Below, piece by piece: positions 9,589 to 19,453 of a stretch of 64,000 nucleotides of DNA (the stretch's first letter is position 1; each line of letters opens with the position of its first letter). Origin of the DNA: an uncultured delta proteobacterium (lineage in GTDB: Bacteria > Desulfobacterota > Binatia > Binatales > Binataceae); assembly GCA_963833025.1 (NCBI GenBank), contig CAWHWI010000003.1, forward strand, positions 618,338 through 682,337, read 5' to 3'. Both the position numbers and the translations under genes were made by a program. Under the pieces are notes generated by a model. That model was not told the DNA's origin. It saw nothing but the letters and a program-made list of their open reading frames with translations, and did not search any database.

Positions 9589-10779
9589 CTATATAGTCGG
9601 ATTGAAGTATACTTCCATCCGCGAACGCCGGAGATAGTATATAACCCGCTGAGTAAACACCGCTGCCAGCGCAATCGCGGCCGCCAACATGATATACCCC
9701 ATCGCCGCGTTGCCGTCGGGCCAAATAGCTACCCACACCGCGGTTCCGATCATATCCACAAACGAAATCGGCACGAAGTATTTCCAGCAAAGCGTCATTA
9801 GCTGATCGATACGCACTCGCGGCAGCGTCGCGCGTATCCACATCGAAACGAACACCAGGATTAGTACTTTGACGTTGAATGTGATCGCCTGAAGTATATT
9901 CATCGCGACTACATTGTTCGTGATGTGCGGGAACTGCCATCCGCCGAGGAACAGCGTCGCGATTATCGCGCCGATGATGAACAGGTTGCCCCATTCCGCC
10001 ATGAAGAAGAACAGGTAGCGCATCCCGCTGTACTCAGTCGCGAAACCCGCTACCAGTTCCGACTCCGCTTCCGGCAAATCGAACGGCGTCCGGTTGCCCT
10101 CGGCCAACGCCGATATATAAAGGATGTTAGCCGCGACGAACGTGAACGGATTCGCGAACAAAAACCAATGCTGCGGCGCCCAGCCCTGCGCGCGAATGAT
10201 TCCCTGCATCGAGAGCGTGCCCGTCATCAGCACCACCGGGAATATCGAAAGCCCCGCCGGTATCTCGTAGCTGACTATCTGCGCCGCCGACCGGATTCCA
10301 CCGATCAGCGACCACTTGTCGTTCGACGCCCATCCCGCCATCAGCACGCCGACCACGGTGAGCGCAGTCACCGACGTCATATAGAGGATGCCCACGTTCA
10401 GGTCCGCCAGTATCAGCGACGACGAGAACGGCATCACCGCCCACGGCAGCGTGAACGCCAGCATCACCAGGTACGGCGCCATCTTGAACAGGGGAGCGTC
10501 GGATTCGTCGGGAATGATGTCTTCCTTGCAGACGTGTTTTACGCCGTCCGCCAGCCACTGGAGGAAACCCTGCGGGCCGACGCGATTCGGACCGACCCGC
10601 GACTGAATTCGCGCCCACACCCGCCGCTCCGCCCAGCTCACGATTCCCGCGAACGGAAACGCGACGCCCAGGAAGACCACCGCGCTCATCACGAACACGA
10701 CGATCGCGGCAACCAGGTGCGGCGACGCGTTCTTGCCGAACGCGCCCGACGCGATCAGATTGTGTACCAGTGTCTCCAT
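9589..10779 (-). CDS. nuoH: NADH-quinone oxidoreductase subunit H
   Basis: [24 protein letters not shown] motif and polytopic membrane protein. Confidence 0.93.
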   Translation of the reverse strand: METLVHNLIASGAFGKNASPHLVAAIVVFVMSAVVFLGVAFPFAGIVSWAERRVWARIQSRVGPNRVGPQGFLQWLADGVKHVCKEDIIPDESDAPLFKMAPYLVMLAFTLPWAVMPFSSSLILADLNVGILYMTSVTALTVVGVLMAGWASNDKWSLIGGIRSAAQIVSYEIPAGLSIFPVVLMTGTLSMQGIIRAQGWAPQHWFLFANPFTFVAANILYISALAEGNRTPFDLPEAESELVAGFATEYSGMRYLFFFMAEWGNLFIIGAIIATLFLGGWQFPHITNNVVAMNILQAITFNVKVLILVFVSMWIRATLPRVRIDQLMTLCWKYFVPISFVDMIGTAVWVAIWPDGNAAMGYIMLAAAIALAAVFTQRVIYYLRRSRMEVYFNPTI

Positions 10780-10785
10780 CGAGGA

Positions 10786-11905
10786 TTAGCGATCGATCTC
10801 CGGCGCAATCACGTCCAGGCTCGCGATTAGCGTGACCAGGTCCGCGATCATCAAGCCCGCGCTCAGCTTCTGGATGATTCCCATCGCCGCAAACGATCCC
10901 GTACGTACGTGCACGCGCCACGGATACCCGGTGCCGTCGCTCACGAGGTACCATCCCATGTCGCCGCGTCCGCTCTCGAGCCTGAATCTGACATTCGCCG
11001 GCCGGCGGCTTGAAATTGCGCGCGACTTTCGCGAGCACCGGCCCCCCGGGAATCTTGTGCAGCGCCTGGCGCAGGATCTTCGACGACTCCGCCATCTCGC
11101 GAATCCGCACCACGTAGCGATCCATCGAGTCGCCGAGCTTGCCCCAATGCCCGTCGCCAATCGGCACGTCGAACTCGAACTCGGGATACACCGAATACGG
11201 GATGTCCTTGCGGATGTCCCACTTGATTCCGCACGCACGCAAATTCGGCCCGACCAGGTTGTAGTTGACGGCTTCCTCCGGCGTGATCACTCCGACGTTC
11301 GCCAGCCGCTCGATATAAATTTTGTTCCACGAGATCAGCGCGTTGTATTCCTCGAGAATTGGATCGAAATGATCGAGGTACGCGAGCGCCTTCTCGCGCC
11401 ATCCGGGCGGCAAGTCCCACGCCACGCCGCCGATTCGCATGTAGTTGAACGTGAGCCGCGCGCCGCACAGCTCCTCGATCAAATCGTTGATCATCTCGCG
11501 CTCGCGAATCGCATGCGTGAACGGCGTCACCGCGCCGATATCCATCGCCATCGCGCCCACCGAGAGCAGATGCGACGCGATTCGATTGAACTCCGCCGCG
11601 ATCACGCGACAGTACTCGCCGCGATGCGGCACTTCGATTCCCGCGAGCTTCTCGCACGCCATGCCCCAACCCTGGTTGGTGAACATCGCGCACACGTAAT
11701 CGACGCGATCGGTGTACGGCATGAAGCCGTGGTAGCCGACCTTTTCCGCAATTTTCTCGATCGACCGATGCAGGTAGCCGACGTCGGGGATCGCCTCGCG
11801 CATCACCTCGCCGTCGGCCCGCACCACGAAGCGCAGCACCCCGTGCGTCGACGGATGCTGCGGGCCCATGTTGAGCGTCATTTCTTCGGTGTGCAGCGTG
11901 CTCAT
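10786..11905 (-). CDS. nuoD: NADH-quinone oxidoreductase subunit D; reading frame is interrupted by an apparent single-base insertion near 10990-10996
   Basis: N-terminal ~300 aa ([20 protein letters not shown]...NFKPPAGE) are in one frame. The conserved C-terminus ([20 protein letters not shown]...[13 protein letters not shown], stop at 10786) is in another frame. The junction is gaa-t-gtc. Confidence 0.85.
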
Positions 11906-12411
11906 TTCTTTTTCGTGTCGAGCCGAATTATCGGGCTCTCTCTGACGGTTGAGATTCCGTGGTATTCGGCCGGCTCGACAAAATCCTTGCGTTGCGGATG
12001 ACCGATCCAGTCCTCCGGCATCAGGATTCGCCGCATGTCGCTGTGCCCTTCGAAATTCACGCCGATCAGATCAAAGATTTCGCGCTCCATCCAGTTCGCC
12101 GACTTCCACACGCCCTCGAGCGTCGCAACGCTCGGATTTTCGCGGGGCAGCTTTACCTTCAACACCGCAGTGTGCCGCTTCGAGTAAGAGAACAGGTGAT
12201 AGACCACCTCGATGCGGTCCTTGTAATCGACGCCGGTCTCGTTGGAGAGGCAGTCCATCGCGAGCTGGGGATCCTCGTTCATGAAGCGCCCGACCTCGAC
12301 CACCGACTTCGGATCGATCACCGCAAACGGATCCGGCTTCTTCTCCGAAATTTCCAGCACGCGATCGCCGAACTGGTTTTTCACCCGTTCGAGTATTTGA
12401 AGCGACTCCAT
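11902..12411 (-). CDS. nuoC: NADH-quinone oxidoreductase subunit C (alternative start at 12441 would overlap nuoB)
   Basis: [21 protein letters not shown]...[15 protein letters not shown], 30-kDa subunit family. Confidence 0.88.
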   Translation of the reverse strand: MESLQILERVKNQFGDRVLEISEKKPDPFAVIDPKSVVEVGRFMNEDPQLAMDCLSNETGVDYKDRIEVVYHLFSYSKRHTAVLKVKLPRENPSVATLEGVWKSANWMEREIFDLIGVNFEGHSDMRRILMPEDWIGHPQRKDFVEPAEYHGISTVRESPIIRLDTKKK

Positions 12412-12415
12412 CTGC

Positions 12416-12928
12416 TCAGGCTGCGGCCACCTGCTTGCCATTGCCGTTGGGCGAGCGCACCAGCCAGCGCTCGGTCATCATCTTTTCCTGCAGCTTGAGC
12501 AGGCCCTCGGTCAGCGCCTCGGGGCGCGGCGGGCAACCGGGAACGTACACATCGACCGGCAGGATCTTGTCGACGCCGTCGCAGACCGAGTAGGCGAACT
12601 GGAACAGTCCGCCGCAGCTCGCGCACGAGCCCATCGAGATGACGTACTTCGGGTCGGGCATCTGATCGTAAAGCAGCCGTGTCCTGAGCGCCATTTTGAG
12701 CGTCAGCGTGCCCGCCACGATCATCAGGTCCGACTGGCGCGCCGACGCGCGCGGCGTCGCACCGAAACGATCGATGTCAGCGCGCGGGCCGCCCGTATGC
12801 ATCAGCTCGATCGCGCAGCAAGCCAGGCCGAACAGCATGTACCAGATGCTCGATTTGCGCATCCAATTCAGCAGCTCGTCCGTCTTGGTGGTCAAAACGT
12901 AATCGGGAAGCGTGTTCAACAAGGGCAT
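12416..12928 (-). CDS. nuoB: NADH-quinone oxidoreductase subunit B
   Basis: GLACCAIE...MGSCASCGG...VPGCPPRPE cluster N2 motifs. Confidence 0.94.
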   Translation of the reverse strand: MPLLNTLPDYVLTTKTDELLNWMRKSSIWYMLFGLACCAIELMHTGGPRADIDRFGATPRASARQSDLMIVAGTLTLKMALRTRLLYDQMPDPKYVISMGSCASCGGLFQFAYSVCDGVDKILPVDVYVPGCPPRPEALTEGLLKLQEKMMTERWLVRSPNGNGKQVAAA

Positions 12929-12939
12929 AAAGACAAACC

Positions 12940-13332
12940 TCAGTCTTCGACCGGTACCTTCTTAATCCATTCCAGGTCGTGCTTGACCCAAACGTAAACC
13001 AGGCCGACGAACAGGATCAGCAGAAAAATTAAAATCTCGCTGAGCGCGTACAGGCGGCGTCCCGAGCGCACCCAGTCCAGGTAAACGGCGGCAATCGGAT
13101 AAACGAATGCGACCTCGACTTCGAACACCACGAAAATCAGCGCAATCAGGTAAAAGCGGACGTTGAAATTGATCCATGCGCGCCCGGTCGGCGGCTCGCC
13201 GCATTCGTAGGGAATCAGCTTCCGATCGTATGGATTTTGCGGCGCCAGCAGCTTCTGCAAGCCGAACATCAGCGCCACGAAGCCGATCCCGATGATCGTC
13301 AGAGCCAGCGGCACGCCAAAATTAAGATACAT
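12940..13332 (-). CDS. nuoA: NADH-quinone oxidoreductase subunit A
   Basis: 130-aa three-helix membrane protein, first gene of nuo cluster. Confidence 0.92.
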   Translation of the reverse strand: MYLNFGVPLALTIIGIGFVALMFGLQKLLAPQNPYDRKLIPYECGEPPTGRAWINFNVRFYLIALIFVVFEVEVAFVYPIAAVYLDWVRSGRRLYALSEILIFLLILFVGLVYVWVKHDLEWIKKVPVED

Positions 13333-13448
13333 GCGATGTTACCGAGTCCTCATTAGTTGGACTGGACTAAGCTGTCAAGAAGGATCGCTTCACCTATGGT
13401 CAGTTTTGCTTAAGCCGAGCTTAATTTTGAATCGCCCCGCGGCTAACC

Positions 13449-13709
13449 TTATTTGCGCTCCTTCAGCACCGCCTTCAGCGCCGGTTCGTCCAGCCACGCG
13501 CCATGTCCATTCGGGCAGGCGTGTACGTGGACCCCGTTCTCGGTCTGCGCGACCAGAACCTGCTTGCATTTCGGACACACGTGATGGTGCAGGCGCTCGC
13601 GCATCTTCTCGAGCAGCTCTTCATCGCGCTGTCGCGCCCACTGATCTTCGCGCGCCTTCTCGGCATCGTGCAGCTTGTTACCCAGCCGGTCCTTGTGATC
13701 TTCCGCCAT
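13449..13709 (-). CDS. small zinc-ribbon protein (TFIIB-type zinc finger-like)
   Basis: 86 aa with paired Cys/His ligands HHHVCPKCK...VHACPNGHGAWLD. Confidence 0.55.
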   Translation of the reverse strand: MAEDHKDRLGNKLHDAEKAREDQWARQRDEELLEKMRERLHHHVCPKCKQVLVAQTENGVHVHACPNGHGAWLDEPALKAVLKERK

Positions 13710-13719
13710 GGTCCCGCCC

Positions 13720-14058
13720 TCAGGTCATCTCCTTGATCAGCTTGCCGCTGCGTGCTTTCTCGACCGTCGCCTCGAATTTCGATCCGAGATCGACGCCCAT
13801 CTCCTTGGCCCGCTTCTTTGCCCACAATCCAACGTTGCGCGAGTCGCGATAGTAAGAATCGTCGCGTGGCTTCGACGCGTCGAAACTCGCAAGCCGCGAC
13901 GCCTCGCTCTCGACCACCGCGAACGACGACATCACGCGCCGCAGCCGCGCCGACCCGCACTCGGGACATTCGCGACGCTCGCGGCGCCCTGACGAACCCA
14001 TCACGACGTGCGAGCTGACCAGCCCGCATCGCGCGCATTCGTACTCAAAAATCGGCAT
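13720..14058 (-). CDS. FmdB-family zinc-ribbon protein
   Basis: N-terminus MPIFEYECARCG...RECPECGS is the FmdB zinc-ribbon signature. Confidence 0.7.
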   Translation of the reverse strand: MPIFEYECARCGLVSSHVVMGSSGRRERRECPECGSARLRRVMSSFAVVESEASRLASFDASKPRDDSYYRDSRNVGLWAKKRAKEMGVDLGSKFEATVEKARSGKLIKEMT

Positions 14059-14099
14059 CTAAGGAAACAATATCCTGCCCGCACAACGCCCGCAATTCA

Positions 14100-14510
14100 G
14101 GCAGAATCAAGCGCGGGGCTGCGCGCCCCGCACCCGCGGCAGGGGTGACCCCTGCACCCGGTACGGGGAGAAGAGGCGGCCTTCGCCCTATTCCTAACCT
14201 CTCCTTGTCCGAGGAGAGGTCGGCGCGAGCCGAAGGTGAGCGACGGGAGAGGTGCAACGCTGGCCGAACAGTTGCGCGTATTTGTGCTGCTGTCGGGCGG
14301 TGGAGTCAGTGTCTTTGCATTGCGGTTAAACGAGTCGGTCTGGTGGGCTGTCAGGCGTTGCACCTCACCCGGCGACACCGCTGCGCGGCTTACGCCGACC
14401 TCTCCTCGGACAAGGAGAGGTTAGGAACAGCGCGTCAGCCCGCATCTTTCTTCTTTCTTGAAACTGGGTGCAGGGGTCACCCCTGCCGAGGGTGCGGGGC
14501 GAGGAGCCCC
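14100..14510. repeat. composite foldback element with ~115-bp inverted-repeat arms, each containing an A-module and a C-like hairpin, around a ~170-bp centre
   Basis: Left arm 14100-14220 is the reverse complement of right arm 14394-14510. Both include cctaacctctcc..ggagagg and gcaggggt(c/g)acccctgc. The centre has a nested inverted repeat ggtgcaacgc / gcgttgcacc. Confidence 0.8.
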
Positions 14511-14514
14511 GCGT

Positions 14515-14748
14515 CTAATTCTTCCTCCAGCGCTCGCGGACGTCGAGCGCTGGCCCCGCCAGCGGGTTGCCGACCAGTAGCAGAAGTCCGACCGCGCCGA
14601 CCGCCAGCCCGCATCCAAGCCACCAGAGCGAGCGGTACTCGACGCCGAGTGCCAGCATCGCCAGCGCCCACAACGGAATGATTAGCGAGGCGACGAAGCG
14701 CATCAGCGCGCTAATCGCATGCTCGGCCTGTTCAGCGCGGTCATCCAT
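14515..14748 (-). CDS. small membrane protein (2 predicted TM helices), hypothetical
   Basis: 77-aa ORF with hydrophobic segments LIIPLWALAMLALGV and LAVGAVGLLLLV; stop abuts the foldback element. Confidence 0.4.
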   Translation of the reverse strand: MDDRAEQAEHAISALMRFVASLIIPLWALAMLALGVEYRSLWWLGCGLAVGAVGLLLLVGNPLAGPALDVRERWRKN

Positions 14749-14756
14749 CGATCAAT

Positions 14757-16496
14757 CTATTTAGCCCCTGCAGGCGAAATTTCAAAGAGCGCTGGCGGTC
14801 CGCCACCACCGATCAAATTGGACTTCGCGACGAGTTTAAGCCGCGCCCGATACTCAGGCGTCATAGCGTCCATCTCGCGCGGTGTCGCGATCAGATAGGC
14901 GCACTTGGAACTTTTGATATCAGGAACCGCAGTCCCGTAGTAGTACGACAGCTCGTAGTTGAGGCCGCCCGGAACACACAACTGGTCGCCTCTGACATAC
15001 TGCGCAACGGTCGGCACAAAACTCTTCACGCTGCGCATTTCGGCGAGACGGGGACGCATCGTCATGGTCCAGAAAAGGCAGAGAACAAGCGCGGTGAGAC
15101 CGAATGCAAGGCCGCCTCCGATCGCACTAGGTCCTGTCCGTCGGCTCAGGACCAATACTTCGATCGCGACGGCCGCCAGCCAAACATCGAACAAATCGGA
15201 GACGGGTCTCGCCCAGCGCATCGACTTGAAGAGCGAGTAGTAGGTCGCGTCACTCGATTGAAGGTTGAACTGCGGAAAGTGGCCACGGACTAAGACGATG
15301 AAAATAACTGCGAATATCGGGACCAGCACGAATAGCGCGACGAGTACGTCGCGCAACTTCGATGCTGCGCCGCGTGCGTTCAGCATGAACACCGATGCGC
15401 ACAGAATCGCGATTCCCGGTAGCGCGGGCAGGATGTAATCGTCGCGCTTGACGCTTGCGATCGAAAAAAACAGTAACACTGCGAGCGACATGCTCACCTG
15501 GTAGATCACTACGCGGCGTTTCTCGGCCGCGATCTCACCGGTGTAGAAGGCGAGCGCGGCCGGGAGGATCAGGAGCGTCATCGGGAAAGCGCCGCCTAGC
15601 AGGCGCACGGCAATGAAATAGAAGGGACGATAGCTCTCGCCCGTTCCGCCGAGCCGCTCGGGCATGAAATGCCCGAAATTCTCCGCGAAGATGATCCTGA
15701 GGATTTTGTGGCCGCCAACGATCGCCGCCGGCACGTACCAGGCTGCGCCGATTGCGACTGCAATCGCGACGACCTGCCAGGGCCATCGCTGAAGCAACAG
15801 CGCAATCGGATTGCGGCGCTCCATCAACAGATAGATCGACGCGGCAAGCGCGCACAGCACGATTGCTACCGGGCCTTTGGCTAAGATGCCAAGCCCGAGT
15901 ATCACGCCCACAAAAATCTTCCTGCGCGAAGAGCCCGGTGACGCTGTCGCCTCGTCGAGTAGCGGATAAATCTCCGCGTACGCCGCGAAGAGCAGCAACG
16001 TGAGCAACATGTCGGTCAGTGCTTCGGTCGCGCGCGACGCAAATCCGTAGGTGCCGAGCATCAATAGAAAAGCGAGCCATCCTTCGGATGCGCCGACGTT
16101 GGCAGCCGTCCACGCGAGTACGGCAACTGCGAGCACGGTGCCTGCCACGACAGACACTGCGCGTGCGCGAACCTCGTCGACGGCGCCGCCGGTGGATTTC
16201 GCGACGATTGCTGCGAGCCAGTAAAAGAGCGGAGGCTTGCGATCGTTGAAGCCGTACGCGTCCTGCGGTATCAGCCAGCGCCCGTCGCGAACGATGCTCT
16301 GAATCCACTCGGCCGATTGCGGCTCCGCGTCCTTCTGAAACGGCGCGCTGATTCCCTGCGCGAGAACGACGAAGGCGAACAAGGCGGCAATCGCAAGCAT
16401 CGCAGGATGCAGGACCGCGGCGCGACTCGAGGGCGCGGGAGTTTCGGGAGGCTCGAGAGTCACGGACGGCGGGCCGTCGCGACCGGCTCGAGCCAC
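14757..16496 (-). CDS. glycosyltransferase family 39 (ArnT/PMT-like) membrane protein; start may be internal
   Basis: Polytopic 579-aa protein with DRKPPLFYWL and periplasmic-loop features typical of GT39/ArnT-like transferases. Confidence 0.75.
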   Translation of the reverse strand: MARAGRDGPPSVTLEPPETPAPSSRAAVLHPAMLAIAALFAFVVLAQGISAPFQKDAEPQSAEWIQSIVRDGRWLIPQDAYGFNDRKPPLFYWLAAIVAKSTGGAVDEVRARAVSVVAGTVLAVAVLAWTAANVGASEGWLAFLLMLGTYGFASRATEALTDMLLTLLLFAAYAEIYPLLDEATASPGSSRRKIFVGVILGLGILAKGPVAIVLCALAASIYLLMERRNPIALLLQRWPWQVVAIAVAIGAAWYVPAAIVGGHKILRIIFAENFGHFMPERLGGTGESYRPFYFIAVRLLGGAFPMTLLILPAALAFYTGEIAAEKRRVVIYQVSMSLAVLLFFSIASVKRDDYILPALPGIAILCASVFMLNARGAASKLRDVLVALFVLVPIFAVIFIVLVRGHFPQFNLQSSDATYYSLFKSMRWARPVSDLFDVWLAAVAIEVLVLSRRTGPSAIGGGLAFGLTALVLCLFWTMTMRPRLAEMRSVKSFVPTVAQYVRGDQLCVPGGLNYELSYYYGTAVPDIKSSKCAYLIATPREMDAMTPEYRARLKLVAKSNLIGGGGPPALFEISPAGAK

Positions 16497-17476
16497 AGAT
16501 GCTGCAGTCCGCCGACAGTATCGTATCTCGCCACCTGCATCGAGGCGGCGTTGTGCGCGTAACCGATTCTGCCGCGGCGATCGACGAGAATTATTCCCGC
16601 CTCAGCGCCGGTCGCATCGATCATTTCGGCGATCGCTTCGCGCGCAACCGCCTGGGGCGACGCGTCCGCGAGCGCCAGTACCGCCTCGCGGCAGAGCGCA
16701 GTCAGGATGATCGCCTCGCCCTGCCCGGTCGCCGACGCCGCTCCGAATGCGTGCGCGAAAGTCCCGGCTCCGATCAGCGCCGAGTCTCCCACGCGGCCGA
16801 AGAGTTTGCCAGGCACGCCGCCGGTCGAGGTCGCCGCCGCGATTCCGCCGCGCACATCGACAGCGGCCGCGCCGACCGTGCCATGTCCGATTGCGGCCCG
16901 CGCGGCGGCCTCGGCCTCGAGCATGCCGGTCTGCTGTTTTCGCGTGCGCCATCGTTCGCGCGAGCGCTCGGTAACCATTTCCTCGGGCCGCACCAGCCGG
17001 ATACCGACCTTGCGTGCGAAATTTTCCGCGCCCGCGCCCGCCATCATGATGTGCGGCGAATGTTCCATCACGGCGCGCGCGAGCATGATCGGATTTCGCA
17101 CGCGGCTGACCACGGCAACCGCGCCGGCCGAGACAGTGTAGTCGGCGCCGTTGGAAAGATCGGCGCGGCGCGCGCGTTTGCCGCGATGTGTCGAGTCTAA
17201 GACGGGCTCGGCGAACATCACGGACGCGTCCATTTCGACGTTGCCCTCGGAGTTGAGCAACGAGCCGTAGCCGGCATTGAAGAGCGGATGGTCCTCGAGC
17301 GCCGCGACCGTCGCGACCACGGCTTCAAGCGCGCTGCCGTTGTGGCGAAGAATGCTCGCGCCGAGGCGTATCGCAGCCATCATCGCGCGGCGGCGCTCGG
17401 GACGCTCGGCGCCGGGACCGACGGAACCGGCGCCGCCATGCGCCACGAGCGCGGGACGATTGCGCGCGCGCGCCAT
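16460..17476 (-). CDS. isoaspartyl peptidase / L-asparaginase (Ntn hydrolase)
   Basis: HGGAG...GTVGAAAVD...GAGTF motifs of the asparaginase_2 family. Confidence 0.83.
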   Translation of the reverse strand: MARARNRPALVAHGGAGSVGPGAERPERRRAMMAAIRLGASILRHNGSALEAVVATVAALEDHPLFNAGYGSLLNSEGNVEMDASVMFAEPVLDSTHRGKRARRADLSNGADYTVSAGAVAVVSRVRNPIMLARAVMEHSPHIMMAGAGAENFARKVGIRLVRPEEMVTERSRERWRTRKQQTGMLEAEAAARAAIGHGTVGAAAVDVRGGIAAATSTGGVPGKLFGRVGDSALIGAGTFAHAFGAASATGQGEAIILTALCREAVLALADASPQAVAREAIAEMIDATGAEAGIILVDRRGRIGYAHNAASMQVARYDTVGGLQHLWLEPVATARRP

Positions 17477-17477
17477 C

Positions 17478-18323
17478 TTAGGGTCCGGGACGGCGCCCCC
17501 AGATAAACAGCCGCTTGAAGTCGAATGTCATGGGCCCGGAAGTGCCGTACGCCGCGTTGAGCCGCGCCGTCAACCGGTCGAGAAATTCTTCGTGACGATC
17601 TTTTGGGAGCGCGTCGAGAAACGGCCGCAGGCCGGTCGAGCGGTACCATTGAACAACGTCGGCGGGGCGATCCATCGGATGATGAAACGTCAGGTGATAA
17701 CAGTCGATTCGATCGTAGCCGAGCTTCGCCAGCATCGCGGCGTAAAACTCCGGCGGCTCTTCGTGAAACGCGCGTTCGCGCCCACCCAGCATCGTGTTCC
17801 ACGGCGCCTCGCGCGCAAGCCGGCCGATTTCCATCTTCGCGGTCTCGGTTTCGTTGGCGGGCATCTGCACGACGATCGTTCCGCCCGGACGAAGCGCGTC
17901 GAAGCACGTGGCAAACAATGCGCGATGGTCAGGAATCCATTGAAAGGTCGCGTTCGAGAAGATCAAGGTGTAGACGCGATCGGCGCGAAACTCGGGGACA
18001 TTGAGCAACTCGAAGGAGACGCGACGCTTAAGCTCGGCAGGCTCGGCGTCGAGCAGCTTGCGAGCCGCCTCGACCATCGCGGGTGAGCCGTCGACGCCGA
18101 GCGCCGAGCTATGCGGGCTGCGGCGAGCGAGTTCGAGCGTGTTCTCGCCGGAGCCGCATCCGAGGTCGATGATTTTCTCGTTTTCGTGGTCGTCGAGCTG
18201 CAGGCGCGACAGAATATGCACGACGGGCTCCGCGCGGTAGCGGCGAAAGCGGTTGTAGAGTTCGGGATCCCAATCTGACACGAGCGTCGCCTTCCTGTGA
18301 GGCAGCATAAGTGGCAAGTGCAA
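17478..18323 (-). CDS. class I SAM-dependent methyltransferase (trans-aconitate 2-methyltransferase-like)
   Basis: DLGCGSGENTLELARR motif I and Tam-like length and architecture. Confidence 0.75.
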   Translation of the reverse strand: MHLPLMLPHRKATLVSDWDPELYNRFRRYRAEPVVHILSRLQLDDHENEKIIDLGCGSGENTLELARRSPHSSALGVDGSPAMVEAARKLLDAEPAELKRRVSFELLNVPEFRADRVYTLIFSNATFQWIPDHRALFATCFDALRPGGTIVVQMPANETETAKMEIGRLAREAPWNTMLGGRERAFHEEPPEFYAAMLAKLGYDRIDCYHLTFHHPMDRPADVVQWYRSTGLRPFLDALPKDRHEEFLDRLTARLNAAYGTSGPMTFDFKRLFIWGRRPGP

Positions 18324-18375
18324 CGCTCACAAGCACGCTTGCGGCGGCTTGCGCACTCGTGCACAAGCATAGCGG

Positions 18376-19386
18376 ATGCACGATCGCGCGGAATCTCAAC
18401 CGGCGGCGCCGAAGCGCGGGCCGCGGCGCATCTTTGGCGTCGGCGCGATCCTGCTGAGCGTCCCGGTCCTGCTCTGGATGGGCGCGGCTTTCTTCGTCGC
18501 TCGATCGCTCCGATACCCGGACTTTCTCCGGCGCGGCGGGCAGGACGTCTTCGGCGAGCATGTTGCGTCTTTCCAGGGAGGCTCGATCAAAGACATCGCG
18601 GCCCCGCTCGGCGTCGAGCCGGAGCGACTGGACTGCGGTGTGGTCGAGGAAGACGGTTTTCGCCATCGTCAGGTAAGTGTTATCGGATGGTATTTTCCCG
18701 GTAAGCGGCACGAGGTGGTGGTTATCGTGCCGGCGGAGGGATCGCCGGAAGCCGGCATGATTCCGTACGTGAAGTTTCTGCTGGGCGCCGGCTATTCCGT
18801 GGTCGCAACGTTTAGCGCCAACAGTCGGAGCGACGGAACCGACTGGGGAATGCTCAAGCGCAAACTCGCGCTGGCGACCGCGCACAAGTTGATGCATGAC
18901 GGCTTCGACAAAATCGCGGCGCTCGGAATTTCCGATGGCGCTGCCGGCGCGATCATGGCGCAGGCCGAGCAGCCCGTCTTCACCGCAATCGTCGCCGACA
19001 GCTCCTACGCGAACCTCGAGCAACTGTTCATGCGCAGCCCGTCAATGTCGGGTCTGAATCCCGCGTTCGGCGGCACCGTGATGTGGGAGGCTCAGCTATG
19101 GTTCGGCCGCTCGCCGTACAAGATCTTGCCGGTGACGGACGCGGGCAAGCTCGGCGATTGCTCGTTGCTGATCATTCAGAATCGCGACGACCAGATAACT
19201 CCTCTTGCCGACGGCCAGAGGCTGCTCGCCGCCGCCGGCTTCCGCGCGCAGATGTGGACGGTGCCGTCGGGCGGCCACGGCGACGCGATCTACGAGGATC
19301 CCGCCGGATACGCCGCGCGAGTTGTTAAATTCCTCGACGCGAGTTTTGAGAGTGAAACGCCCACCGCCAAGTCGCAAGCACATTGA
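18376..19386 (+). CDS. membrane-anchored alpha/beta hydrolase
   Basis: N-terminal TM helix, GISDGAAGA nucleophile elbow-like motif, C-terminal His. Confidence 0.65.
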   Translation: MHDRAESQPAAPKRGPRRIFGVGAILLSVPVLLWMGAAFFVARSLRYPDFLRRGGQDVFGEHVASFQGGSIKDIAAPLGVEPERLDCGVVEEDGFRHRQVSVIGWYFPGKRHEVVVIVPAEGSPEAGMIPYVKFLLGAGYSVVATFSANSRSDGTDWGMLKRKLALATAHKLMHDGFDKIAALGISDGAAGAIMAQAEQPVFTAIVADSSYANLEQLFMRSPSMSGLNPAFGGTVMWEAQLWFGRSPYKILPVTDAGKLGDCSLLIIQNRDDQITPLADGQRLLAAAGFRAQMWTVPSGGHGDAIYEDPAGYAARVVKFLDASFESETPTAKSQAH

Positions 19387-19395
19387 CGGCGCGCG

Positions 19396-19440
19396 GAACC
19401 TAACCCCTAACCCCTTCCCTAGAGGGAAGGGGAACCGTCG
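19396..19440. repeat. GC-rich palindrome ccccttccc-taga-gggaagggg preceded by cctaacc cctaacc direct repeat (A-module-like)
   Basis: 9-bp perfect stem between convergent genes; shares the cctaacc motif with the repeat family. Confidence 0.5.
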
Positions 19441-19453
19441 TTGAAAAAAACAG

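Noticed and set aside
10127-11905. 592-aa ORF that would make a giant NuoD
   Set aside because: Its last ~290 residues are Arg/Gly-rich nonsense overlapping nuoH on the same strand in another frame. The real NuoD C-terminus is in the frame ending at 10786. It is an artefact of the frameshift plus high GC.
3637-12001. Long plus-strand ORFs (3637-4515, 4512-5258, 7297-8574, 9925-10830, 10832-12001) antisense to nuo genes
   Set aside because: Arg/His/Gln-rich translations with no domain signatures; the opposite strand carries intact, well-conserved nuo genes.
14236-14424. 62-aa ORF in the centre of the foldback element
   Set aside because: No RBS, low-complexity translation, lies wholly within nested inverted repeats.
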